From Trueperaceae bacterium (lineage in GTDB: Bacteria; Deinococcota; Deinococci; Deinococcales; Trueperaceae): a stretch of DNA of 64,000 nucleotides. The DNA is taken from assembly GCA_034520945.1 (NCBI GenBank), contig JAXHNB010000002.1, positions 1-64,000 on the forward strand, in the 5' to 3' direction. The notes beneath the pieces were generated by a model. That model worked only from the letters and a program-made list of their open reading frames with translations. It was not told where the DNA came from and did not search any database. The translations under genes and the position numbers were made by a program. Below are positions 27,969 to 37,706 of this stretch, piece after piece; the first letter of the stretch is position 1; the number at the start of each line of letters is the position of its first letter.

Positions 27969-28967
27969 GGCCGCGTGGCGCACCACGTCCAACGCGTGCA
28001 GCGCCGCTCCCAGGGCGCCGGCCTCCGTGCCCAGGCGCGCCGGCATCACCTCGGGCGGCATGCCACCCACCGTCGACGCGTAGGCGGTCAGCGTCCGGCG
28101 CAGCGGCGCCAACAGCGTGTCTCCCATGCCCGCCATTCCGCCGCCGACCACGATCCGGTCCACGCCCAGCAAGGTCGTCACGTCGGCCAGCCCGACACCC
28201 AGCACCTCCGCCACCCGGTCGATCGCGTCGCGGCAGTGCGCGTCCCCCACCTCCGCCGCCTCTGCGATCCGCGCCGGCGTCACGCCGTCGAAGCGGTCTC
28301 CGGCCAGCTCCCGCAGGCGTGGCGTGCGGCCCTGCGCGAACGGCCGCATGACCGACGCCACCAGGGCGGGCGCCGAGGCGTAGGTCTCGACGCAGCCGTG
28401 GCTGCCGCAGCCGCACAGCGGGCCGTGCGGGTCGTAGGTGTGGTGACCGAACTCGCCGGCGTTGCCGTTGGCACCGAGGTATAGCGTCCCGTTCAGCACG
28501 ATGCCGCCCCCGACGCCGGTGCCGAGGGTGACGCCGAACGCGGACCGCGCGCCCACGGCCGCGCCGACGCGCGCCTCTGCCAGCGCGAAGGCGCGCGCGT
28601 CGTTGACGACCACGGTCCGGTGGCCGGTCGCCCGTTGCACCTCGTCGGCCAGGTCGAGGCCGCGCCAGCCCGGCGCGAAGTTCGGCAGCACGTCGATCCG
28701 CCCGTCCGGCGTCATGGCGGCGGGGATGGCGATGCCCACCGCCGCGACGTCGCCCGCCGCCGTGGCCTGGGCGCGGATCTCCTCGGCGACGTCGCCAAGC
28801 ACGGCCTCGCGGGAGCGGTCGGCCCCGGTGGGGCGGGTACCGAAGCCCTGCAGGGCCGTGCCGCCACGAGCGAGGCGCCCGACCTTGGTGGTGGTGCCAC
28901 CGAGGTCGACCCCGACGATCCAGGACACGTCTTCGTCGGTCCACGTCGCGGCGTGTGCATGGTTCAT
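27966..28967 (-). CDS. ROK family sugar kinase
   Basis: GVDLGGT, NDA, LGTGVGGG, GEFGH and CGCGSHGC; no HTH; TATAGT 6 nt before ATG (leaderless). Confidence 0.92.
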   Translation of the reverse strand: MNHAHAATWTDEDVSWIVGVDLGGTTTKVGRLARGGTALQGFGTRPTGADRSREAVLGDVAEEIRAQATAAGDVAAVGIAIPAAMTPDGRIDVLPNFAPGWRGLDLADEVQRATGHRTVVVNDARAFALAEARVGAAVGARSAFGVTLGTGVGGGIVLNGTLYLGANGNAGEFGHHTYDPHGPLCGCGSHGCVETYASAPALVASVMRPFAQGRTPRLRELAGDRFDGVTPARIAEAAEVGDAHCRDAIDRVAEVLGVGLADVTTLLGVDRIVVGGGMAGMGDTLLAPLRRTLTAYASTVGGMPPEVMPARLGTEAGALGAALHALDVVRHAA

Positions 28968-29166
28968 GGGGTGACTATACGGGTGCCGGCCACGGTTCCC
29001 AGGGCCTGGGACCGGACGAACCCTTCGAAGGGCGGCGATTCGGTCCCGTGTCCGGTGCCAAGAGGGTGGGGCGGTGACGTAGAGTGGTCGGACTGCTCGG
29101 TGGAGACGGGGTGCACGCGCCGCGCCTCCCTCCGACCCGCCCGATTCACGCCGACGAGGAGGCCCC

Positions 29167-29967
29167 ATGGCGCACCCCGTATCGCCCGACACGCCCGACG
29201 TTGCCCAGCGCTACCTGCAGGAGGCGGAGAACGTTCTGCATCGCGTGCGGGACACGCAACTCCCGGCGATCCGCGAAGCCGCCGCCCTCTGCGCCGACAC
29301 GATCGCGCAGCGCGGGCTGGTGCACCTGTTCGGCTCGGGCCACTCCCGCATGGCGGTGGAGGAGGTGTTCCCCCGTTACGGCAGTTTCCCCGGCTTCCAT
29401 CCCATCGTCGAGCTGTCGCTCACCAACCACACGCAGGTGGTGGGCGCCAACGGGCAGCGTCAGGCGATGGCGATCGAGCGGATGGAGGGGCTGGGCGAAC
29501 CGATCCTGAACAACTTCGTGTTCCGCGACTACGACGTGATGATGGTGTTCTCCACCTCCGGCAACAAGGGCGTGCCGGTCGACGTGGCGTTGGGCGCCAA
29601 GGCGCGCGGCCTCACGGTCATCGCGGTGGTCGCGGCCACGTACGTGGCGGAGTTGTCCTCGGAGCACAGTTCGGGACGCAAGCTGACCGACATCGCCGAC
29701 CTGGTGATCGACAATTGCGCGCCCCCAGGCGACAGCATGGTGAGCGTGCCGGGCGTCGACGCGCGGGTGGGGCCCGGCTCCACCATCGGCAACACCGCCG
29801 TCGTGAACACCCTCAAGGTGCTGGTGGCGGAGGACCTGGCCGCGCGCGGCCAGCCGCCGCTGGTGCTGGCTTCTGCGTACGAGATCGGGGCGGAGGCCGC
29901 CCGCGCACGGTTCGAAGCCGCCTACGACGACTACCGGGACCGCATGAAGGTCGTGTATGGCGGGTGA
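29167..29967 (+). CDS. SIS-domain protein (sugar-phosphate isomerase-like)
   Basis: HLFGSGHS, FSTSG and ADLVIDN; GAGGAGG RBS. Confidence 0.88.
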   Translation: MAHPVSPDTPDVAQRYLQEAENVLHRVRDTQLPAIREAAALCADTIAQRGLVHLFGSGHSRMAVEEVFPRYGSFPGFHPIVELSLTNHTQVVGANGQRQAMAIERMEGLGEPILNNFVFRDYDVMMVFSTSGNKGVPVDVALGAKARGLTVIAVVAATYVAELSSEHSSGRKLTDIADLVIDNCAPPGDSMVSVPGVDARVGPGSTIGNTAVVNTLKVLVAEDLAARGQPPLVLASAYEIGAEAARARFEAAYDDYRDRMKVVYGG

Positions 29968-30736
29968 GGCGGGCCAAGGGTTTACAGGCGCGCGCGTGCT
30001 GGTGACCGGCGCCTCCGGCATCGGCGCGGCCGCCGCGGCGCGGTTCCACGCCGCCGGCGCGCACGTGTTCGTGGCCGACGCGGACGCGAAACGGGTGGCG
30101 TCGCTACGGGCGGACCTGGACGGCGTGCACGGGGCGGCCGGGGACCTGGCCGACGAGGACACGGCACGCGCGGTGGTGGACCAGGCGCTCGACGCCTTGG
30201 GCGGCTTGGACGTGCTGGTGAACGTGGCGGGCATGTCGGGCCGGCGCTACGGCGACGGGCCGGCGCACGAGGCGACCGCCGAGGGGTGGGAGGTGGTGAT
30301 GCGCAACAACGCCCGCTCCACCTTTCTGATGTGCCGGTTCGCGCTGGCGCCGATGCGGGCGCAGCAGCGCGGCGTGATCACGAACACCGGCTCGGTGCTG
30401 GCGTACGCGCCAGGCGCGGCGCACTTCGCGACGCACGCCTACGCCGCCTCGAAGGGCGCCATTCACGCCCTGACGCGCAGCATGGCGGCCACGTACGCCC
30501 CCGAGGGCATCCGCGTCAACGCGGTCGCGCCGGGCCTGATCGCGACGCCGATGAGCCAGCGGGCGCAGAGTGATCCCGCCATTCTCGACTACCTGCGCGG
30601 GCGGCAACCGGTGACGGGTGCGCCGGGCGAGGCCGGCGACGTCGCCGACGCGATTCTCTACCTCGCCTCCGATCAGGCGCGCTTCGTCACCGGTACGATT
30701 CTGGAAGTGGCGGGCGGATGGAGCGTGGCGGGATGA
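29957..30736 (+). CDS. SDR family oxidoreductase
   Basis: VTGASGIG, NVAG, YAASK and VNAVAPG. Confidence 0.93.
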   Translation: MAGEAGQGFTGARVLVTGASGIGAAAAARFHAAGAHVFVADADAKRVASLRADLDGVHGAAGDLADEDTARAVVDQALDALGGLDVLVNVAGMSGRRYGDGPAHEATAEGWEVVMRNNARSTFLMCRFALAPMRAQQRGVITNTGSVLAYAPGAAHFATHAYAASKGAIHALTRSMAATYAPEGIRVNAVAPGLIATPMSQRAQSDPAILDYLRGRQPVTGAPGEAGDVADAILYLASDQARFVTGTILEVAGGWSVAG

Positions 30737-32037
30737 GCCAGACGGATCGGATCGAGCTTCGCTGGGACGTGCCGGTGGCGCACGACTGCGACGTGCTGGT
30801 GATCGGCGGCGGCTCGGCGGGCTGCAGCGCCGCGGTCGCGGCGGCGGAGCAGGGCGCGCGCGTGACGCTGGTCGAGCGGCAGGGCTTCCTCGGCGGCACC
30901 GGCGCCATGGTGCTGGACACCTTCTACGGCTTCTACACGCCCGGCACGGTCGAACGCAAGGTCGTCGGTGGCGTTCCCGACCGCGTGATCGAAGGGCTGG
31001 ACCGGCGCGGCATGGTGCTGAAGCGCCCCAACACCTACGGTGCCGGCGCCGGCCTCACCTACGACCCCGACACGCTGAAGCTGGTGTGGGACGAACTGGT
31101 GTGGGGCGCAGGGGTGCAGGTTCTCCACCACGTCACGTTCACAGACGCGCTGCGCGACGGCCACCGCGTCACCGGCGCGGTCCTGGCCACCAAGCAGGGC
31201 CTGCGCGCCATCCGCGCGCGGGCGGTGGTGGACGCCTCGGGCGACGCGGACGTGGCCGCCCGCGCCGGCGCGCCGTTCGACGATGCCGGCGCGGCGGGCA
31301 CCGCCCAGGCGCTGACCACCACCTTCCGCATGATCGACGTGGACGTCGAGCGGGCGCGGGCGTTTCCGAAGAAGGAGCTGTGGGCCCGCATGCACGAGGC
31401 CGCCGAACGCGGCGACTACGACCTGCCGCGGCGCGAGGGCAGTTCGCACGTGACGCCGTTCCCGAACGTGATGCACACCAACATGACGCGCGTGGCCGGC
31501 GTGGACGCCACCGATCCCGAACAGCTCTCCCACGCCGAACGGGAGGGGCGGCGACAGGCGTTCGAGTACGCCCGCTTCCTGCGCGAGCAGGTGCCCGGGT
31601 ACGAGAAGGCCCACCTGAGCGGCCTGTCGGTGCAGATCGGCGTGCGCGAGAGCCGCCGCATCCAGGGCGAGTACTGGCTCACCCGCGACGACGTCCTGGC
31701 CGCCGCCCGCTTCCCTGACGCCGTGGCGCGCTGCGGCGCCCCCATCGAGGAGCACCATGCCGGCGGCGACACGCGCTGGGAGTACCTGGCCGACGGCGAG
31801 ACCTACGACATTCCGTATCGCTGCCTGCTGCCCCGCGAGGTGGAGGGCCTGGTCGTGGCGGGGCGTTGCCTCTCCGCCTCGCACGACGCGCACGCCTCGG
31901 TGCGCTCCATGGGGCAGTGCCAGGCGATGGGCCAGGCGGCCGGCGTGGCGGCGGCGTTGGCGGCGGACGGCGACCTTCGGGGCGTGGACACCGAGGACCT
32001 GCGCGCGCGGCTGCAGGCGTTGGGAGCATTGTTGTGA
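30733..32037 (+). CDS. FAD-dependent oxidoreductase (FAD_oxidored family)
   Basis: VIGGGSAG, DASGDAD, GVRESRRI, YDIPYRCL and GQAAG. Confidence 0.9.
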   Translation: MSQTDRIELRWDVPVAHDCDVLVIGGGSAGCSAAVAAAEQGARVTLVERQGFLGGTGAMVLDTFYGFYTPGTVERKVVGGVPDRVIEGLDRRGMVLKRPNTYGAGAGLTYDPDTLKLVWDELVWGAGVQVLHHVTFTDALRDGHRVTGAVLATKQGLRAIRARAVVDASGDADVAARAGAPFDDAGAAGTAQALTTTFRMIDVDVERARAFPKKELWARMHEAAERGDYDLPRREGSSHVTPFPNVMHTNMTRVAGVDATDPEQLSHAEREGRRQAFEYARFLREQVPGYEKAHLSGLSVQIGVRESRRIQGEYWLTRDDVLAAARFPDAVARCGAPIEEHHAGGDTRWEYLADGETYDIPYRCLLPREVEGLVVAGRCLSASHDAHASVRSMGQCQAMGQAAGVAAALAADGDLRGVDTEDLRARLQALGALL

Positions 32038-33023
32038 TCGTACGAACCGTGTTGGGCGACGTTTCGCCGGAAACACTTGGCCTCACCCTGGGGCACGAGC
32101 ACCTGGTCGCGCGGCCGCCGAGTGACGTGGAGGACGACGACCTGCGGCTGGACGACGAGGCGGCGGCGGTCCGGGAGGCCACGGCGTTCCATGAGGCCGG
32201 CGGCGGGGCGATCGTCGAGATGACCACCGTCGACTACGGACGTGACGCGGCCGCGCTGGCCGAGGTGTCGCGGCGCAGCGGCGTGCACGTGATCATGGCG
32301 ACCGGGTTCAACAAGGGCCGCTTCGCCGACCCCATCGTGGCGCGGCACAATGATGAGGCGCTGGCCGCCTGGATGACGCACGAGGTGCGCGTCGGCGCGC
32401 TGCCGTACGTGCCGCCCGAGCGGGTCGCGCTGAACGTGCCCCGCACGAAGCGGCCCGTTGCGGCCGAACCGGAGGCACCCAGGGCGGGCCTGATCAAGGC
32501 GTCCACCGGCGCGGGGGGCCCTGGAGAGCAAGAGAGGCGCGTGCTGGAGGCCGCCGTCACCGCCCATCACGCCACCGGCGCACCGATCGGCACGCACACC
32601 GAACGCGCCGATTGGGGCCTGGAGCAGGCGCAGTACTTCGTGGCCAGCGGGGTGCCGCCCGACCAGGTGTTGATCGGCCACCTCGACTTCCGGCCGGAAC
32701 TGCCCTACTTGCTGGAGGTCGCCTCCACCGGCGTGTACCTGGGCTTCGATCAGTTCTCGAAGCACAAGTACCTGGCGGACGAGGCCCGGGTCCGGCTGGT
32801 GACGGGGCTTGCCTCGGAGGGGTACCTGCATCACATGATCGTGAGCGGCGACCTGGCGCGACGGTCGTACTGGCCCGCTTATGGCGACGACGCCGCCCCG
32901 GGCCTGTCGCACGTTCCGCGGACGGTGGCGGGCATGCTCCGCGCGGAAGGGTGGCGCGAGGCGGACGTGGAGGTGCTGCTTCGGGAGAATCCGCAGCGCT
33001 GGCTGCAGTTCACGCCGAACTAG
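32034..33023 (+). CDS. Phosphotriesterase-family amidohydrolase/lactonase
   Basis: RTVLG, HEH, LIKAS (bridging Lys), THT, GHLD and SGD metal ligands. Confidence 0.9.
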   Translation: MIVRTVLGDVSPETLGLTLGHEHLVARPPSDVEDDDLRLDDEAAAVREATAFHEAGGGAIVEMTTVDYGRDAAALAEVSRRSGVHVIMATGFNKGRFADPIVARHNDEALAAWMTHEVRVGALPYVPPERVALNVPRTKRPVAAEPEAPRAGLIKASTGAGGPGEQERRVLEAAVTAHHATGAPIGTHTERADWGLEQAQYFVASGVPPDQVLIGHLDFRPELPYLLEVASTGVYLGFDQFSKHKYLADEARVRLVTGLASEGYLHHMIVSGDLARRSYWPAYGDDAAPGLSHVPRTVAGMLRAEGWREADVEVLLRENPQRWLQFTPN

Positions 33024-34360
33024 GGGTGGGGCCCATGCTGGCCCCTGTCCGTCTGTCCGCGCGCACCCGGGTGAGTTCGCCCCTCAGCATCCGGTCCCAC
33101 GTCTGCAGTCCGTGCCGCCGCACCGCGGCCTGCGCGCGCAGCGCGTGATGCTCGGCGCGGAGCCGGTCGCCCGCGTGGCGGTACAGCGCTTCGGCGGCGC
33201 GACGCGCGGCGACCTCGTCGACCACCACGGCGTGCTCCCGCGCGTCGTGAAGCGCTTCGTGAGCCAGGGCGAGGCACGCCTCGGTCGTGCCGCCGCTGCG
33301 GTGAAGCGCGCAGGCCGCGAGCGCCCGGTGCGGCGTGCTGCCGAAGGGCAGGCCCGCCGCGCGCAACCAGTCGTTCGATCGATCGGCGGCGCGCCCGAAG
33401 TGCTGCGCCGCCTCCTCGGCGTCGTGATGCAGGTACACCGCCAGGTAGCCGAGGGCCCCCTCGCGGACGCTGTCGATCCAGCCGATGTCGGCGCGCCGGG
33501 AACCGGGGCCGGACGCGAACGCTGCCAGCTCGCCGGCGGCGCGGTCGGCGGCGTGGCAGGCCATGATCTGGGCGCGTACGGAGGCCAGCATCGTTTCGGC
33601 GTCCCGCCGTGTGACCGGCGAGGCGGCCTCGTCGGCCGCGTCGGCGTGTTGCCAGCAGGTCGCGTGCCCTACTGGCGTGGCGCTCCGCCTCCGCCAGGTC
33701 GCCGGTGAACAGGCCGGGCATGGTGCAGACGTCGCCGAAGTACAGCGCCAGCTCGATCCGGTTCAGGTAGCTGCCGCCGGCACGGACCAGCAGTTCCTGC
33801 ACGCTGCGCGCGCGTACCCCGAAGGTCCCGGCGTGATGCCAGACGTGCAGCATGGCGCGCACCAGTTCCGGCAGCGCGGGGACGTCGCGATGGTCGAAGC
33901 CCACCTCGGCGATGCGGGCGATCAGCAACGTCGCGCGTTCGGCCAGATCGATGCGCTCACGGGGCCGCAGGCCGGGCGCGAACGCCAACACCAACGGACC
34001 GGAGTAGATGTGCCAGTCGGTGCCCCGGCCCATGTGCCGGGCGAGCTCGGCGGCCAGGTTCTCGGCGATGCGGTCGATCCGGTCCAGGCGGTGGGCCAGC
34101 TCGTGGTGCACGCGCAACCGTTCGGCGTGGCGGGGCGCGAGCCGTTCCACTTCGGCGACGAGGCGTGCGCCGATCCGGTCCGAGACGTGCTGCTGACGTC
34201 CGCGACGCCAGTTGCGGGCGCTGGATACGGAGACGCCGAAGCGTGCCGCGACGGCGCGGTCGGCCGCCCGCGCCCCATGGCCGGGCTCCAGATCACCGAT
34301 CTCCTGCAGAACGCGGACCAGGACGGTGTAGCTGCGTTGCGCCAGCGTGACGTCGTCCAC
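33010..34360 (-). CDS. Hypothetical protein with N-terminal HTH-like segment and helical body; apparent frameshift at ~33652
   Basis: ADRAVAARFGVSVSSARNWRRG; TAGGCT 5 nt before GTG 34360; removing one G at CTGG-CAA joins ORFs 33020..34399 and 33010..33591. Confidence 0.6.
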
Positions 34361-34528
34361 GCCGCAGCCTAGCAGACTTGCCCCACCCGATTGCCCCACC
34401 TAGGCGTGGTGCTAGCGTCGAAGCGTAGGCACCAGAGTCGGGGGTTCTCGCCGGTCCGCCCGGGCCGGTCCGCGGAGCGGTAGGTCGCTGCGCGACGGGA
34501 ACACCCATGGACGTACGGGAGGTCACGC

Positions 34529-35794
34529 ATGGAACGCATCCGCCGTCTCGCCCTCGCCCTCGCCGCCCTCGCCTTCGCCGCTGCTGGGCTGGCCCAGACC
34601 GAGGTCACCGTCTGGTTCCACAGCGGCAAAGGACCCGAACGCGAGGCCCTCGCCGCCCAGGTCCAGGCGTTCAACGCCCAGCAGGACCAGTACCGGGTGG
34701 TGGCCGACCAGTTGCCGGAAGGCACCTACAACGATCAGGTCCAGGCAGCCGCGCTGTCGAACGACCTGCCCTGCCTGCTGGACTTCGACGGCCCCTTCAT
34801 CTACAACTACGCGTGGAGCGGCTTCCTGCAACCCATCGACCGCTACGTGAGCGACGACCTTCGTGCCGACGTGCTGCCCAGCATTCTGGACCAGGGCACC
34901 TACGCGGGCGACCTGTACAGCCTGGGCACCTTCGATAGCGGTCTGGGCATCTACGCCAACCGGCGCTACCTGGAAGCCGCCGGCGTGCGCATCCCCACCG
35001 GCGTCGAGGACGCATGGACGCTGGAGGAGTTCGAGGACGCGCTCGCGAAACTCACCGCCTTGGACGAGGTGGAGTACGCGCTGGACCTCAAGTTCAACTA
35101 CGGCCAGGGCGAATGGTTCACCTACGGCTTTGCGCCCATCCTCTGGAGCGCGGGGGCCGGCCTGGTGGACCGGGACGGGTACCAGAACGCGGACCCGTTG
35201 CGTAGCGACGAAGCGGTCACCGCCATGGAGCACTTCCAGAGCTGGTTCGAGAACGGCTGGACCACCAACGCGCCCGCCGGCGACGTCGACTTCCACGAAC
35301 GCCAGGTCGCCGCCATGTCCTGGGTCGGGCACTGGCAGTACAACTCCCACGTCGAAGCCCTCGGCGACGACCTGGTGCTGGTACCGCTTCCCGACTTCGG
35401 GACCGGCTCCAAGACCGGGCTCGGCTCCTGGAACTGGGGCATCACCACCAGCTGCAGCGAACCCGACGGCGCATGGGCGTTCCTCGAGTTCCTGATGCAG
35501 CCCCAGGAGATCCTCCGCATGACCGACGCCAACGGCGCGGTCCCCGCGCGCTTCTCCGCCATCGAGATGTCGGAGCTGTACGGCGGGGACGGCCCGCTGT
35601 CCCTGTTCGTCGACCAGCTCGAGTCGTCGGCGGTCGCACGCCCGCAGACGCCGGCCTACCCGGTGATCACCGACGCGTTCGCCGAGGCGGTCGCCAACAT
35701 CGCGAGCGGCGCCGACGTCGAGGCGGAGCTGAACCGGGCCGCCGACCGCATCGAACAGGACATCGAGGACAACCGGGGCTACCCCACCGACTGA
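34529..35794 (+). CDS. Oligosaccharide ABC transporter substrate-binding protein (CUT1)
   Basis: Signal peptide, LPCLLDFDGP and GSWNWGI; GGAGG RBS; followed by two permeases. Confidence 0.93.
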   Translation: MERIRRLALALAALAFAAAGLAQTEVTVWFHSGKGPEREALAAQVQAFNAQQDQYRVVADQLPEGTYNDQVQAAALSNDLPCLLDFDGPFIYNYAWSGFLQPIDRYVSDDLRADVLPSILDQGTYAGDLYSLGTFDSGLGIYANRRYLEAAGVRIPTGVEDAWTLEEFEDALAKLTALDEVEYALDLKFNYGQGEWFTYGFAPILWSAGAGLVDRDGYQNADPLRSDEAVTAMEHFQSWFENGWTTNAPAGDVDFHERQVAAMSWVGHWQYNSHVEALGDDLVLVPLPDFGTGSKTGLGSWNWGITTSCSEPDGAWAFLEFLMQPQEILRMTDANGAVPARFSAIEMSELYGGDGPLSLFVDQLESSAVARPQTPAYPVITDAFAEAVANIASGADVEAELNRAADRIEQDIEDNRGYPTD

Positions 35795-35809
35795 CCCGAG
35801 CGCCGGACG

Positions 35810-35843
35810 GCGACGGGCCCGCCACCACGGACGGGTCCGTCGC
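35810..35843 (+). terminator. GC-rich hairpin after the SBP gene (mRNA stabiliser or partial terminator)
   Basis: GCGACGGGCCCG..CGGGTCCGTCGC stem; no U-tract. Confidence 0.4.
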
Positions 35844-35885
35844 TCCCGCAGCATGTCCGCGTACCGCGTCCGTGAGGAGGCCTTC

Positions 35886-36830
35886 GTGAGCTCGACGTCG
35901 CCCTCGCCCCCACGGCCTCTCGGCCGGCGGCGCACGCTCCGCCAAAGCGAAGCGCGCGCCGCATGGGCCGTGTCGCTGCCCGCCCTGCTGCTGCTGACGG
36001 TGTTCCTGATCGTGCCGTTCGTGCTGGCGTTCGTGCTGGCGTTTACCGACCAGCGCCTCATTCCAAACCCCCGGCTGCCGACGGAGTTCGTGGGGTTGCG
36101 CAACTTCCGGCGCATCCTCGAGGACCCCACCTTTCAGCGTGCGCTGCTGAACAACTTCGCGTTCGCCGCGTTCGTCGTGCCGCTCCAATCCGCCCTGGCG
36201 TTGGGCATGGCGATGCTGGTCAACCGCCGCATCCGCGGCTCGCTGGTCTTCCGCACCATCTATTTCTCGCCGGTCGTCACCACCATGGTGGTGGTCTCGG
36301 CCATATGGTTCCTGCTGTACAACCCCGACGAAGGGTTCATCAACGCGTTCCTCAGCGCGATCAGCTTCGGGACCATCCCCGCCATCGAATGGCTCCAGGA
36401 CACCCGGACCGCGCTGCTCGCGATCGGCATTCTCTCCGTCTGGCAGGGCGTCGGCTTCCAGATGGTGATCTTCCTGGCCGGGCTGCAGGAGATCCCCGTC
36501 CAGCTCTACGAAGCGGCACGCATCGACGGCGCCAATCGCGTGCAGACGTTCTGGAACATCACCCTTCCCAGCCTGCGAAACACCACCATCTTCGTGATCA
36601 TCTCCACCACCATCCTGGCGTTCCGCCTCTACGACCAGGTCAAGATCATGACGCAGGGAGGTCCGCAGAACGCGACCCAGACGGTCGTCTATCAGATCGA
36701 GCGGGTCGGGTTCTCGCAGTTGCGGGTCGGCTACGCGTCGGCGCTGACGGTGGTGTTCTTCCTCATCGTGCTGGCCGTGGCGATGCTGCAACGGCGCTTC
36801 CTGCGCGAGGAGAGGACGGTGCGCGAATGA
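35886..36830 (+). CDS. Carbohydrate ABC permease (MalF type)
   Basis: FVGLRNF and LYEAARIDGA; GAGGAGG before GTG 35886. Confidence 0.94.
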   Translation: MSSTSPSPPRPLGRRRTLRQSEARAAWAVSLPALLLLTVFLIVPFVLAFVLAFTDQRLIPNPRLPTEFVGLRNFRRILEDPTFQRALLNNFAFAAFVVPLQSALALGMAMLVNRRIRGSLVFRTIYFSPVVTTMVVVSAIWFLLYNPDEGFINAFLSAISFGTIPAIEWLQDTRTALLAIGILSVWQGVGFQMVIFLAGLQEIPVQLYEAARIDGANRVQTFWNITLPSLRNTTIFVIISTTILAFRLYDQVKIMTQGGPQNATQTVVYQIERVGFSQLRVGYASALTVVFFLIVLAVAMLQRRFLREERTVRE

Positions 36831-37666
36831 CGCGGGAGAACCTGGCGCGCAACCTGCTCGACTACCTGTTCATGACGGTGTTGGCCGCCTTCTTCCTGTT
36901 CCCCGTCGTCATCATGCTGGTCGCGAGTTTCAAACCGGACGACGGCATGATCATGCGGCATATGAGTTCACCGCTGGCGTTCGTCCCGACCGAGGTCTCG
37001 CTGCAGAACTACCGCGACGTGTTCGACAACGTCGCCTTCCTCACGGCGATGCGCAACTCGGTGCTGATCGTCGGGTCGATCGTGGGCGTCGGCCTGTTCG
37101 TCAACAGCCTGATCGCCTACGGCCTGGCGCGCTTCCGCTTTCGGGGGCGCAACCTCCTGGTCGGCCTCGTCATCGCGCTGATCATCATTCCGTTCGAGTC
37201 GATTGCCGTGCCGCTGCTGCTGCTCGTCAACCGCTTCGGCTGGTTGAACACCCTCTACGTCCAGGCGATTCCGTTCATCGCCGACGCGTTCTCGATCTTC
37301 CTGTTCTATCAGTTCTTCATCCAACTGCCCGCCGACCTGGAAGAGGCCGCCATCGTCGACGGCGCCAGCCGCCTGCGGATCTACTGGTCGATCCTGCTGC
37401 CGCTCTCGCGCCCGATCATCGCGACGGTCACCATCCTGCTGTTCCTGCGCCACTGGGGACAGCTGCTGTGGCCGGTCATGGTGGCCCGCAGCGAGGAGGT
37501 ACGCCCCCTGACGGTCGCCATGCAGCAGTTCTTCGGGCAGCAGCCACGGGAGTGGGGCCAGATCATGGCGTTCGCAGCCATGATCACCATCCCCGTGCTG
37601 ATCGTGTACCTTTTGTTCAACCGCTGGTTCGTGCAGAGCATCGCCTCGAGCGGCGTCAAGGGATGA
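36827..37666 (+). CDS. Carbohydrate ABC permease (MalG type)
   Basis: AYGLARFRF and LEEAAIVDGA; ATGA overlap. Confidence 0.94.
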   Translation: MTRENLARNLLDYLFMTVLAAFFLFPVVIMLVASFKPDDGMIMRHMSSPLAFVPTEVSLQNYRDVFDNVAFLTAMRNSVLIVGSIVGVGLFVNSLIAYGLARFRFRGRNLLVGLVIALIIIPFESIAVPLLLLVNRFGWLNTLYVQAIPFIADAFSIFLFYQFFIQLPADLEEAAIVDGASRLRIYWSILLPLSRPIIATVTILLFLRHWGQLLWPVMVARSEEVRPLTVAMQQFFGQQPREWGQIMAFAAMITIPVLIVYLLFNRWFVQSIASSGVKG

Positions 37667-37706
37667 GTTCCACGATCCCGAACGCCCGGCCCGACGGTCG
37701 CCGGCC

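Noticed and set aside
27931..27970. 15-bp tandem repeat as a CRISPR remnant or insertion target duplication
   Set aside because: Only two adjacent copies, no spacers, no cas or transposase genes; likely slippage near a terminator-like hairpin.
28968..29166. Hairpins in the ROK/SIS intergenic region (e.g. CCCTTCGAAGGG) as a riboswitch or ncRNA
   Set aside because: No recognisable riboswitch consensus, and short GC stems are expected by chance; an Rfam search would be needed.
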